DNA of 64,000 bases from the NCBI GenBank assembly GCA_016618085.1, contig JABLTG010000001.1, forward strand, positions 186,001 through 250,000, given 5' to 3'. How positions within the stretch are numbered: the first letter of the stretch is position 1; each line of letters begins with the position of its first letter. This document shows positions 1 to 12,671 of the stretch, in pieces. The position numbers and the translations under genes are program-made. This DNA is from Neovahlkampfia damariscottae. Its lineage: Eukaryota. The notes below the pieces were generated by a model. That model had not been told where the DNA came from. It saw only the letters and a list, made by a program, of their open reading frames with translations, and made no database searches.

Positions 1-2
1 GA

Positions 3-314
3 GTAAGAACATCATCAGATGCTCTTTCTTTTAAATTGAACCCAATTTCAACATTGTTAATGAGAACACCTGCAAAATATGCTTGTATGAATACAGCCAT
101 TGCAGATTATAAAAAAGAGATGGGTAATAAATATCCAGGTGTTTCTTCAACAGTTATTGATCATAAAAAATGTTTTGAAGAATGTTTTGGAAGAAAAGTT
201 GAATCAAATTTGATTGATAGAATCACATTAAAATGTAAGAAAAACAAAGAATGTTATGAAAGAAATATTGGAGCAAGAGCTACTGCTTGTGTTTTAAAAT
301 GTGATAATTTATAA
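3..314 (+). CDS. 3' part of a cysteine-rich hypothetical protein (runs off window start)
   Basis: Frame is open from nt 3 to TAA at 312-314 and has 7 Cys in CxxxC-like spacing; no family recognised. Confidence 0.5.
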   Translation, partial: VRTSSDALSFKLNPISTLLMRTPAKYACMNTAIADYKKEMGNKYPGVSSTVIDHKKCFEECFGRKVESNLIDRITLKCKKNKECYERNIGARATACVLKCDNL

Positions 315-375
315 AATTATTTTTGTTTTCTGCACCATGCATGTTTGATGAAACTTTTTTTCATTAATTAGGAAA

Positions 376-609
376 TCAATTTTCTTTCAAAATTGGGGGT
401 TTGTGTTTTTGTGAACTTTTTTTTCCAACAGTGAATTCCAATTTAACATTGAAGAAATTGATTGTTGGTTCATATTTAACTTTTCTTTGTTGAAAATTTA
501 AAAGTGCTTCAGCTGTGATATTTAGAAGTTCTGTTGCCATATCTAACAGCTTCTTCACTTGATTTGATTTTTTGAATTGTCTTTCTTCTTTTTTTTTTTT
601 TGACATCAT
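376..609 (-). CDS. small basic hypothetical protein
   Basis: 77-aa ORF with CCAAT a few nt upstream of the ATG, as for other genes here; no motif recognised. Confidence 0.3.
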   Translation of the reverse strand: MMSKKKKEERQFKKSNQVKKLLDMATELLNITAEALLNFQQRKVKYEPTINFFNVKLEFTVGKKSSQKHKPPILKEN

Positions 610-758
610 TTGTATTGGTTCAACAACATCTTCATTTATCTTGAAATTCTCTTGTGTTAGAAGAGCAAAAAATGAAGAATTGGTTTTTACAATTTAAACT
701 TTAGAAAGATCTTATTGGTAGAAAAAGATATTTGATTCTTCACGGACAAAACTCAAAA

Positions 759-2463
759 ATGCATTCAAAAGAAAAAGAACAAAAAACTCAAAAAAAAAAA
801 ATTAAGACTAAAGGTTCAATCAAACCAAACGTAATTGAAACTCCAAAATCAATCAAGAAAAATTACAAGAAAAAACCAGCAAAAAAATCAACAGAAAAAC
901 CAAAAGAATCAACAAAAAAATCAATAGAAAAACTAATAGAAAAACCAAAAGAATCAACAAAAGAATCAACAAAAAAACCAAAAAAATCAACAAAAAACAA
1001 AATTAAAAAAGATGAAATGATGGTAGAAGAAATTGAATTCAAATCAACTTTAGATGTTGATGCTTCTCAAACCAAATTTTCAAATGAAGAAATTGATCAA
1101 TTTATCAAACAATATCACATTACTGTTTCAGATAAAAAAGAAGTGAATCCAATGTTAACATTTGCATCAGGAAATTTTCCACAATTTATCATGGATGAAC
1201 TTTCAAATTTCAAATTTCCAACTCCAATTCAATCAATTTCATGGCCAATCATTCTTGCAAAAAAAAATATTGTGAGTATTGCAAAAACTGGTTCAGGTAA
1301 AAGTTTAGCCTTCATTATTCCTGCAATTTTACATATTAAATCACAACAAGTGGAGAATAGAAATGGACCAATAGTTTTAGTGATGACACCAACAAGAGAA
1401 TTGGCACAACAAATTGCTTTAGTTTTTAAGCAATTTTCAAATGGAATTGATGTTGATTGTATTTATGGTGGTCGCAAAAATAATGAAAAAAAAAGATTAA
1501 ATGATACTGAGATTTTAGTAGCAACACCAGGAAGATTGGAGGAATTGATTCGTTTTGGGAAAATTTCAATGGAGAGTGTTTCATACTTTACATTAGATGA
1601 AGCTGATATAATGCTTGATATGGGATTTGCAAGAGTAAAATTCAATCATTTCTCTAATTTAATATTTTTAGGAAATAAAAAAAATTGTCGCAAAAATCCC
1701 TGAAGAAAGACAAACTTTAATGTTTAGTGCAACGTGGAAACCAGAAGTTCAAAAAATAGCCGAAGATTTTTGTCCAAAATCAGTCAAAGTTAACATTGGA
1801 AAATTTGATATTTCAGCCAATGAAAATATTGAACAGAAATTTCTTTCATACAAAGAAGCAAGTGATCATTATCAACAGTTATTAACCATCCTCAAAGATT
1901 TAAATGAAAAAAAATCAAAAGCTTTAATTTTTTGTGATTCCAAAAATAGAGCTGGAAAATTGAATAAAAAATTACAAAAGGAAGGTTTTAAAACTGCAGA
2001 AATTCATAGTGATATAAAGCAAAATAAGAGAGATGCTGCATTGTTTGATTTCAAAAATAATAAAATTCATTTCCTGGTTGCAACAGATATTGCAAGTCGT
2101 GGAATTGATGTTACTGATATCAATACAGTAATCAATTATGAATTTCCGAGAGAAGATATTGAAAGTTATGTTCATAGAATTGGTAGAACAGCACGTGCTG
2201 GAAAATCAGGAATAGCAATTTCTTTTTTGGGTGACAGTGAAGATTATGATATGATGATGGAATTGAAGAAAATTCTTGATAAGGATAATCTTAAAATCCC
2301 TGATTGTCTTCAGTATTATTTGGACTTGACACCGGAACAAGTTTCAGATCACAAAAAATCACAAGAATTGGACAAATTGGAAAGAAAAGAAAGGTATATG
2401 GAAACAGTAAGAAATACAAGAAGAAAAAAATTGAATGCAAAATATGGAAATAAAAAATGGTAA
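759..2463 (+). CDS. DEAD-box RNA helicase (DDX5/Dbp2-Dbp3-like) with Lys-rich N-terminus
   Basis: Q motif PTPIQ, AKTGSGKS, PTRELAQQ, TPGRL, DEAD, SAT, SRGID, HRIGRTAR; 37-nt GT-AG intron 1635-1671 joins the two ORFs in frame. Confidence 0.95.
868..1000 (+). repeat. degenerate coding tandem repeat (KKST/EKPKEST units)
   Basis: Repeated aaaaccaaaagaatcaacaaaa-like units encoding KKSTEKPKESTKKSIEKLIEKPKESTKESTKKPKKSTK. Confidence 0.7.
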
Positions 2464-2717
2464 TTTTATTGTTCAAAGAGTTGTTTTTCAGTTGGTTGAG
2501 GAATTTTGAAAAAAAATCATAATAAGAATTGAACTTGGAAAAAAATAAAATTTAGTCAAGGATTTTAGAAGAAGAAATGAGAGAAGAAGAGAAAAAAAAA
2601 CAAAAAACAAAAAGAACTCTGAAAATTTTAACAGTAAATGGTAAACAATTATCACAATCAATTATTCTAGAAAGTATTATGTTTAAAGGATGAAGTCTAA
2701 GAATTTTTATTCAATTT

Positions 2718-4138
2718 TTAAAGAATGTATTGTTGAATTTGTGGCAAATAATCATTTGAATAAGCAACAAATGCACTTGTATAAAGCATTGTAAATCCAA
2801 TTTGAACTTTTTTATCACAGAAATTGACCAACAAAGAAATTGTAAAAATAATAAACAATTTCCAATAAGGATAACATAATGGTGTCAATTGATAAATTGC
2901 AATTGCGGGTGTATACAAAATCATCAAATAAATAGACATTGATACTTTTGGACTTAATTTGTTTTTAAATTTTAATGTATGCAAAAATGTTGAAATTGAA
3001 ACAGTACCTGCATTTGCGAGCATCATAAATTGTAAAAGTTTTTCTGCATGAGGAGTATTTAAACCACCTAAATATCTAACTGCATTGATGAAAAAACCAA
3101 CATAATGTTTCCCAAATAACACACAAAATTTGATTGCCCAATTTGAAAGAATAAAAAATATTCTATGATCATCAGTATTGATATTTTCACTATTTCCAAT
3201 AGCTTTTCTAAGTAAAGTTTTTGGAAAAAATGGTCTAATTACAATGAATGGTAAAAACACGAAAATGATTTCAATGAGTCTACCAATCAAATTACTTTTA
3301 AACATATCATAAAATTGAGGGTAATAATAGATTGATGAAAAAGCAGTTAAAATTTGATAATATAAGTTTTCTGTAATGAATGCTTTACTCACTGTTGAAT
3401 TCTTATTTCCAAAGTATTCTCCAGAATCATCTTCTTCTAAAGTTGGTCCAATTTGAATAATTGCAGAAAGAGCTTGACTTATACCATTTAATAATAAACT
3501 CCAAACTAAAAATGATTCTTTAAACCATTGATAATCTGAAAAGAAATAATACCATGAAGCAGCATATTGAATTAAAAATAATAATCCACCAATACGATGC
3601 ACTCTAAAAGAATGACCTCCCCAAAGTTTTAAAGCTGATAAAATTAAAAACAAGGATGGAAAAATTCCAATTAAAAATGGATAAATTGAAGACAATTTTG
3701 AATGTTTTGTTGTTGAACTTTCATTTTGTTCCATTGCAGCATCAAATGTTGTCCAACAAAAATAAATCAAAACAACAGCAATAGCACTTGAAATATATGG
3801 AAAATTTTGTGCTAAAAAACCTTTTTGCATCGGATTTTCAAATTCAATATGCTCAGATTCTTTGATTTTTCCAATTGTAAAAGTTTTCATTTTTTCTTGT
3901 GATTTTGGAGAGTGACCAGCGAGTAACCACTTTTCAGTTGCATCTTCTCCACAATGGTCTAAAATAATTTCTTTTCCACCTTTTTTTTTTTGTTAGAAAA
4001 ATGTTATTTCCATTTACCCGGATGTACTTTGTGATATTTTGTTAAATCATAAACTAAATTGTTTACGATAACTATTAAATCAGTTTCATGGTTTGAAAGT
4101 TTTTTAACTTCATGTCTTGAGAACTGTTTACTTGACAT
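2718..4138 (-). CDS. cytochrome b5 domain fused to a multi-pass membrane protein of unknown function
   Basis: Splicing the 38-nt intron 3980-4017 gives VYDLTKYHKVHPGGKEIILDHCGEDATEKWLLAGHSPKSQEKMKTFTIGKI (HPGG and GHS heme ligands), in frame with the hydrophobic ORF 2718-3890. Confidence 0.85.
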
Positions 4139-4253
4139 TTCCTCAAAGAAAATAAATCTGTTTTGATTGGTCAAACAAAATAATTGGTTATAATTATAAA
4201 TCATGAAAGATACCTTTTGTCAATTGAATTTTCGAAATAAAAACTTCAGTGAA

Positions 4254-5861
4254 TCATTTTAAGTCTATTTTATTCAAATCATAAATGGAAAGATTTGTTC
4301 CAAATTTTGTTGATGAAATGACAGCGACATGTGTTGTTAAATCACTTTCAAGAAGTTTTCTTTTTTTACATTCTTTAATTGCAGTAATATTTTCTTCTTC
4401 AACTCCCATATTTTCAGTTTCAACTAACACATAATCCCTAACACCCCATAATAAACTCATTTCTCTAAAAGTTCTCTCTGAAGTTGTAATTGCAATCATA
4501 TCAATTGGTGATCTAAATTTTGAAATCCAACGAGTAGTATGTCCAGAATCGGAAATTACAAGTAATTTTCCTTTCCAATTTTTTTGTAAAAATAAATTAG
4601 ATAAAGTGTAAGCAATATGACCAAATGTTTCAACAAGTACTTGTTTTCCAGAATCCAAATCTTTTGAATCATGTAAAGGAATATGTTTTTCTGCGAGATA
4701 AACAATTTGATCCATTGTTCTAACTACATTGACTGGATCTTTACCAACTGATGTTTCACCGGATAGCATTACTGCATCTGCTCCATCTATTACAGCATTA
4801 TAAACATCATTTGCTTCGGCTCTTGTTGGTCTTGAATTTTGTGTCATTGATTCAAGCATTTGTGTGGCAATGATTGCATAAATACCTTGTTGATTTGCTT
4901 TTCTAACGATATCCTTTTGAACTCTAGGTACTTCAAAGACTGGTATTTCTACTCCCAAGTCACCACGGGCAACCATAATTCCATCAGAAACTGAAATAAT
5001 TTCATCAATATTTTTGACTGCGTTTGGTCTTTCAATTTTTGCTATAACTTTTATATTATCATTACCTAAGCTACTTAAACGTTTTTTTACATCTAAAATA
5101 TCTTTAGAGCATCCAACTAGTAACAAATTAAAATTTCGTTTTTAAAAGTGTTACCAAAACTGACAGCCAAAAATTCAGGATTTAATTTAGCAATCAATTC
5201 TAAATCCTTTTCATCTTTCTTTGTTACAACATTAATAGCTAAATTTCCTGATGGTAAATTACCTTAAAAAAGAAAGTGTTAAAAAAAATTTTGTTCACAA
5301 ACATCCTTTTCTTGAAGAAATAATACCTCCATTCAAAACTTCACAAATCAAATCCTTATCATTCTTATCAATTACTTTCAATTCAATAATACCATCATTT
5401 ATAAATATTCTATCATCAATACTTAAATCTTGACATAAATGAGGATAAGAAATTTGAATTCGTTTTTCATTTCCAACAACTTGGTTTTTTTAGTTTATAT
5501 TTTGTTTTACTTTTTTCACTTGTCACTTTTATAGTTTGTTTTCTTTGAACTTGAATTTCTTTTTCCATTTCACCAACTCTAATTTTTGGACCTTGAATAT
5601 CACATAAAATAGAAACATTTTGTTTTATTTTTTTTGAAATATTTCGAACTAAATTGAAGAGTTTTTCATGGCCTTCATGTGTACCATGTGAAAAATTAAA
5701 ACGAACACAGTCCATTCCACTTTTCATCATTTTTGTTAAAACTTCTTCTGAAGAACTTGCTGGTCCTAAAGTACACAAGATTTTTGTACCTATGATATAA
5801 ATAAAAACACTTTGAGTGACTTACGACTTCTATTGTCAATTAACCTTGGAGATGAGCTCAT
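4254..5861 (-). CDS. PK: pyruvate kinase
   Basis: RTKILCTLGPAS, RFNFSHG, DIQGPKIRVG, AKIE, MVARGDLGVE, ATQMLESM, PTRAE, DAVMLSGET; four GT-AG introns restore one frame. Confidence 0.97.
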
Positions 5862-5905
5862 GCCTTATAATTGGTCAAAAGAAAAAAAAAAAAAAATATT
5901 TTATT

Positions 5906-7882
5906 TTAGAATTTTTTGTGTTCAGCAATTTCATCCCTTGTAAAGATTTTATTTTCATCTAATGGATCAGTTTCTGAAATTTGTTGACGATATTCTTCTA
6001 CAGCTTTATTGAATGCATTTGCTTCAACTGGGTTTTTGATGAGAACTGAGATTGGTAAAATTTCAAAACCAAAAGCTTCTGGGTCTTCTTTAACTGATTT
6101 TGAGAATTGTTCAATTGGAGCTTGTTTTTTATCCAATGGAAATCTTGGTCTATATCTTCCTCCTGAAATTGTAACTGAACTTTCTGTAAAGTAAGCAGCA
6201 TCAAATAATTGAAAACCATTAACTTTTGAGTATGATTCAAAGAGTGATTTTGCTTCTGATTTGATTGTATTTTGTGATTTTAAAAGTTCATTTTTGAAGT
6301 ATGCATCAGTTCTAAAGTAACCTCCGATTTTAGCTGCAACTGTGAAATCTGTTCCAAATTCTTCAATAATTCTTTTATATTGTTTGTTTTCAATGAGTTT
6401 TTTTAAAGCTGGATTCATATATTTTTCAGCATTTGTAATGTAAACTGATGGATTAAGTTTTAAGTCATAATTTGAAATTTGTTGTTCAACTTCAACTTTT
6501 GATTCTCCTTTTGCTTCATGTTGTAAAAATTCATAAACATCTCTTGATCTTTTTGCATTTCCTAATGACATTTTTTGTACATTTTTCATAACAAAAGCTT
6601 TGATGAAATCATTTTTGTTTGTGAAAACTGAAACTTTTTCAACAGTTGATTTTGGTGTTTGAATAACTTTAATTGATGAAGGAACAGCATATTTATCATA
6701 AGTAGTTGGTTTATTGAAACCATTTACATCATGTTCAAAAACAGCTTGTTTGATTGACATTTCAACTGGATCATAACCATATCCAATAACATTGTATCCT
6801 GGTACTTTTCTTTTTCCATTAACTAATTCTGATGTCATTGATTTAACTTTTCCTGTTAATGAATAAGTTTGAATGATTTTATCAAAGTTTGCTTTTTTAA
6901 TTGCATCATTTTTAACAAGTTGAGCAACTGGTCTCATTTTTGTATCTAATAAACCTGATTGATCATCAATTGAATGTTTCCATTTTTTTGTTACTTCTTT
7001 ATCATTTTGAAGATTTCTGAAACCACCATGATATGCAAGATCACCTTTCATGTTTTGTGTAAAAAAGTCATCAACTTTAATTTCTGAACGATTTCTAAAT
7101 CCACCACCTGCAACTTCAAAGAATTTATATCTAAATGAAAGTGAGATTTGTTCTCTAACCCATTTTTCATCTCTTGATGACATGAGTTTTGTATTCATGA
7201 AATTGAATGATTTAACTTGTCCTCCAAAGATTGAATCAATTTGGAAAAATCCACCAAAGTAATCAAGACATGTTTCATATCTTTCATAATCTTCAGCTGT
7301 TCTTGGATTTGATGGAATGTAGTCCAAAGTATATTCAAAGTCATCATGATATTTACGTAAAAAGTGTGGTCTTCCAATAAGTTTATAAACACTTGATCTA
7401 TATAAACCTCTTGAGATTGATTTAAATTCTTAAAAGTAATTTTAAAATAAAACCTTTTTCTTACCTTGTTTAATACGTTCTTGGATTTTTCCATATTCTC
7501 TTCCATAACTAGCACCAACACCAAATGCTCCAGTATCAATTGAAACACCAAAGTTAAATCCTTTGATATCAACTTTAACAGTTTGACTATATGATTTCAT
7601 AATTTCTGAGCTTGTTTGTTCTACAGTACCACCTGTTGGTGTAAGAGTAAGATCTTTTGAATATTTAAATTTAAGATCTGGTCTTCCAGCTGGTGAAAAG
7701 GTTTTGTGACCATCATAATTGTATTCAAAAATTTGTGATTTAGCACGTTCTTCTGCAGGTACTAAACCACCTTGTCTGAAATCCATACCAACATTAAGGA
7801 GAGTAGCTCCTGGTAAGACTTCTTGAGCAAATGAGCAAACAACAAAAGCACAAATGAATAACGCTACGAGTGTTTTGGACAT
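5906..7882 (-). CDS. secreted MACPF/perforin-like protein with two tandem MACPF domains
   Basis: Signal peptide MSKTLVALFICAFVVCSFA; 36-nt intron 7429-7464; two copies of PG...G(M/Y)D, FG(T/G)xF.....GG, GG...S(I/V)......(L/M)xP(I/V)xxL. Confidence 0.8.
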
Positions 7883-8036
7883 TCTGAAAATAACTTAGAA
7901 AAATCAAAATTAGCCAATTATATGTATTGACACTTTGCAGACTTGATTGGTTAATTATGATTAGAAATAAATTGATTGGAGAAAGAGCTTCCAAAATTAT
8001 TATTTTTGAATTATTTTTTCTGGTTGAAATAATTTT

Positions 8037-8768
8037 TCAAATAAAAAAGTGATGTTTTAAAATGGTGGTCAAAGTGCATCCTTTCACATAGCCAGCAAAA
8101 ATTATTTGTTCATGAGAATCTGGCACTGTCATAGTAGTGACTAAAGAATAAATTTCGTCTCTGTAAACATAAACTGATATCAATTCATCATTCCTATTGA
8201 TTTCTATTGTCAATATATCACCATCATTGAAATGAGAACATGGAAAATAAATGGCAGCAATATCACTTGATTTTGTGACTCCATAATCCAGAAAAACGTG
8301 ATTCAACTCCTGACGAAAATCAAAAACTCCTAAGCCAAAAGAAATCAATTCTTTCAAATTCTCAATTTTTTTTAAACGAAAATTGAATTGATATGAGCCT
8401 TCGTTGAATAAATTTCTTGAACCAAGTTGAGTCCATTCTAATTCACCTGCTTTTGGTGGTGTATTAAAATAATAATAATTTGGTGGTTTTTGTTTCTTTG
8501 GTTTGTCTGTCAAAGTGGTATCACCATTTTTCCATTTTGAAAATAAAGTACATCTTAAAATATAATTACTTCTCCAATCATAACCTTCATAATATTTTGT
8601 TTTACCAAAAGTCATGTTGTGATAAGTCTCCCAAACTGTTTCGGAAAATTTGAACATCTCTTTGCAAGTCCTTCCAAATTTCAATAGACTTGGAAGGTCC
8701 AAATAAGAGAAAATCGTTAATGATATTTCTTTTGGTAGAAAATAAAATTCACTATCTTCTTCGTCCAT
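8037..8768 (-). CDS. F-box protein
   Basis: N-terminal LPKEISLTIFSYLDLPSLLKFGRTCKEM F-box motif, followed by a beta-rich C-terminal region. Confidence 0.85.
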   Translation of the reverse strand: MDEEDSEFYFLPKEISLTIFSYLDLPSLLKFGRTCKEMFKFSETVWETYHNMTFGKTKYYEGYDWRSNYILRCTLFSKWKNGDTTLTDKPKKQKPPNYYYFNTPPKAGELEWTQLGSRNLFNEGSYQFNFRLKKIENLKELISFGLGVFDFRQELNHVFLDYGVTKSSDIAAIYFPCSHFNDGDILTIEINRNDELISVYVYRDEIYSLVTTMTVPDSHEQIIFAGYVKGCTLTTILKHHFFI

Positions 8769-8816
8769 CCTTCATTCACAGAATTTTAACCAATAAAATT
8801 CTGTGTTAAAAAAACT

Positions 8817-9861
8817 TTATTTAAATAAAACTCCTTGCAAAGATAATCGACAACAATCTAATCTTTTTGCTTGTGCTGTATCTTCCTCTAGAAATGAATT
8901 TTCTTTTTGTAGCAAATCAAAATCATCTTCCATTGGTAAATTCAATTCTTTTAAAATTAAAGATAGCAATTCCTCTGAAGAAGAATCAATTTTCAAGTGA
9001 CTATATTTATCATAACATGTTGTTTTTTGGTTTACAATCGCTAATTTTCCTTTAAACCCGACAGAAAAATTTTGTAAAAAATTTATAGGTGAACTACTCA
9101 TAAAAATAAATGTAAAATTAAACTTACTGTTTGATAAAATCACCCATGATTAATGATACATTTGATATTGAAGCGTTTTCTTTTGAATTTTTTTCTATTT
9201 TTTCATCAACTTTTTCGTACATAATTGATGATTTGAATTCACCTCTACAATTTCTTTGACGACAAAGAACTATTTAATTTTAATTTTTAATTTAAAATCT
9301 TTACTTTTTTCACCAAGCTTTGCAGATTTTCTATATTTTTCAAAACCACATTCATCACAGATGAATTTATAAATATTTCCATTCAGTTCAGATATTTTTT
9401 CCAAAGGAACACCTGATCTCATATGCAAACCCTTTTTAAAGTTAAATTTCTAAAAAAAAGCTCACATCAATGTTTGTGGTTGTTATGTGATGTATATAAC
9501 CATTTTTCATTAAAGTTGATAATGCATAATGAGAAAAGTTAGGTTTTGAAGTGATCATTGAATTAATTTTTTTTTCAGAATTCTTTGTAAGGCACTTGAA
9601 GTCTTTCTTTTGAGGTTGAGGCCAGTTTGATTCGTTTCCGGTGAAGACAACAACATGGGCTGTTTTTTTCATCCATTCTGAGACTATTTTCGCTTTCTTT
9701 TGAATAGACAGATTATTATTTTGATTACTCTTCAACTCTACAAATCCGTTTGCTTTTGTTTTGGCATTTTGTAAATTAACTTCGTCAGAAGATTTTTCAG
9801 TTGTATTGATGTGATGAAGGAATTTATAGTTTGTGGCTCTAAGAGGACTTGATTCTTTCAT
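8817..9861 (-). CDS. class IV (SIRT6/7-like) sirtuin-fold protein with degenerate active site
   Basis: Three introns give HVVVFTG, PNFSHYAL, TTNIDGLHMRSG, SELNGN, CDEC...CRQRNC Zn site and GKLAIVNQKTTCYDK. Confidence 0.85.
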
Positions 9862-10104
9862 CTGTTGATCGTTTTGATACTCAAAGTTCGTTGTTCATTT
9901 CTTGGAGAAAATAATTGGTTAGTTAAATCTAAAAAAAAACCAAAAAATTTATTTTTAGACTTCTTTTCAAAATAAGTGTAAATTTAACTTTAAATTGAGT
10001 CAAAAAAAAAAATAAAATAAAATATTTCAGCATGACATAGCAATTTGATTGGTCATTCTTTTCATTCGAATTAAGCCGTTAAAGAGAAAACCACCTTTTA
10101 TATA

Positions 10105-11303
10105 ATGGGACAGGGCTCAAAATTTGAAACAAAGGTATATATTAATATCAAAATTTAATCGATTAGACTCTGAATTACTCAAAAGAGTTCACAGGACATC
10201 AAAAATCAGTTGTACAAAGTTTTTTTTATAAAGGAAATCTTTATACAGGTTCAAAAGACTCCACCATAAGACAATGGGAAATTAGTTCAGGAATATGTAC
10301 AAATGTATACAAAGGACACAAAGGACACATAAGTGCCTTGGTTGTCAACAAAATAGGAATTCTGTATTCAGGTTCGAGTGATTCAGAAATTAGAGCTTGG
10401 AGTGCTGATGTAAGAAAAAAAAAAAATTTTTTATAAAAATTAATAGAGAAATCAAGTGATAAAAATCTTAAAAGGACATGAAAAAAGTATTTCTTGTCTT
10501 TTACTCACTGATGATTTTTTATATTCTGGTTCTTTTGATCATCAAATACGAAAATGGGATGTAGCTTCTGGTCAAACTACATTACTATTTAAAGGACATA
10601 CAGATACAATAACTTGTTTGAAACGACAAGGAGATTCTCTTTTTTCAGGTTTAGAAAACAAAAAAAAATTAAATTTTGAAAAGGATCCGCGGATAATACT
10701 GTAAAAGTTTGGAATATATATGATGGTGAATGTATGTATACGTTAAAAGGTCATTCAAGTTGGGTTTGGGATGTCGTTTTTAATCAAGATTTTATTTGGA
10801 CAAGTTCAATGGATTCAACTATTAAAAAATGGTCAAAAAAAGATGGAAGTGAATTAAGTACTTTTAAAGATCATTCTGATTGTGTTTGTAAACTTGCTTT
10901 ATCAAGTGGAAATTCTGTTATAAGGTTTATTTTTTTTTTTCTTATTTACAAAAATAGTGCTTCATGGGATAATAAATTAATGGAATTTGATGTAGAATCC
11001 GATAAACAATTAAAAGTTTTATCTGGTCATTCAGGTAGAGTTCGTTATTTAATCATCAGAGGAAGAATTTTAATATCAGCTGCAGATGATAATGATATTC
11101 GTATTTGGGATTTACAAAAAGGAATATGTTTATTTCAACTTAAAAATGGAAAAGAAATAACATCACTTTGTAGTGGAAACAATTATGATTTATATGTTGG
11201 TTGTAAAGATGGAAGTGTCAGAAAATTTGTAATTCCACAAGACAAACAATATGAAAAAATATTTGAAGAAGAATATTCAGAAGCATCAAGTTTCTCAGGA
11301 TAA
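10105..11303 (+). CDS. WD40-repeat protein, possibly N-myristoylated (MGQGSK)
   Basis: Repeated GH...SGSxDxxIRxW units; four short GT-AG introns. Confidence 0.9.
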
Positions 11304-11314
11304 AAATTTTATTT

Positions 11315-12627
11315 TTAAAAAGATGGAATTCCTGTAATTGCTCTTCCAAGAATTAATGCATGAACATCATGTGTTCCTTCATAAGTGTTTACAGATTCTA
11401 AATTCATTGCATGTCTAATGATATGATATTCATCTGATACTCCATTAGCTCCTAACATATCTCTACAAATTCTTGCTATATCAATAGCTTTTCCACATGA
11501 ATTTCTTTTGATTAATGAAATCATTTCAGGTGTAAATTCACCAGAATCAATTGATCTACCAACTTGTAAACATCCTAATAAACCTAATGATATTTCTGTT
11601 ACCATATCTGCAAATTTTTTTTGTGGTAATTGATTACTTGCTAATGGTCTTCCAAATTGTTTACGTGCTTGATTTGTTATTTTTAGTATTTATCTTACTT
11701 AATTGATAATCTAATGCTGTTGACATACAAAATTCTGCTGCACCAAGAGCACCCCATGCAATTCCATATCTGGCTGAATTCAAACATGTAAAAGGTCCTT
11801 TTAATCCTTTTACTTTTGGTAACATGTTTTCTTTTGGAACAACAACATCTTGCATTACAATTTCTCCGGTGATTGAAGTTCTTAATGACATTTTACCTTC
11901 AATTTTTGGAGCTGAAAGTCCTTTCATTCCTTTTTCAAGTATAAACCCTCTAATTGCACCATTTTCATCTTGATTTTTTGCCCACACAATAAAAATATCA
12001 GCTATAGGTGAATTTGTAATCCAAATTTTTGATCCATTTAAAATATAATGATCTCCATTCAATTTTGCATTTGTTTCCATACTTCCTGGATCAGATCCAT
12101 GATTTGGTTCTGTTAAACCAAAACAACCGATCAATTCTGCTGTTGCTAATTTTGGTAAATATTTTTGTTTTTGTTCTTCTGTTCCAAAAGTATTGATTGG
12201 ATTCATGACTAAAGATGATTGAACAGAAAGAGCTGATCTATAACCTGAATCTACACGTTCTACTTCTCTTGCAATTAAACCATATTGAACATAGCTTAAG
12301 CCAGCACAGCCATAACCATCTATAGTTGATCCTAACATGTTCATTTCTCCAAATTCTTTCATAATTTCGGTATGAAATATCTCTTTTCTATTTGCTTCAC
12401 TAACCCGTGGCATTAATTTTTCCTGACAAAATTTTCTAGCCTATTCGGAAAATTTTAAAGTTTTTTTTTTTTTTTACAACGTCACGAATTTCAATTTCTT
12501 CTTCTGTTAACAGTTTTTCCATGGACAAAGGGTCTTTCCAATTAAAGACATTTTTTGGTTTTTGAGTGTTGTAGAATTTTTTGTTGACTGACTTGAACAC
12601 TTTTTGGTTGATGTTAAGACGGAACAT
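11315..12627 (-). CDS. GCDH: glutaryl-CoA dehydrogenase, mitochondrial
   Basis: [61 protein letters not shown]; basic N-terminal presequence; two introns. Confidence 0.95.
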
Positions 12628-12671
12628 TTCTGTCCAATCAAAAGAAAATCGGGACTTTAAAAAGGAATTTT

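Noticed and set aside
2578..2693. 38-aa ORF MREEEKKKQKTKRTLKIL...
   Set aside because: Too short and low-complexity, with no motif; cannot be told from chance or a relic
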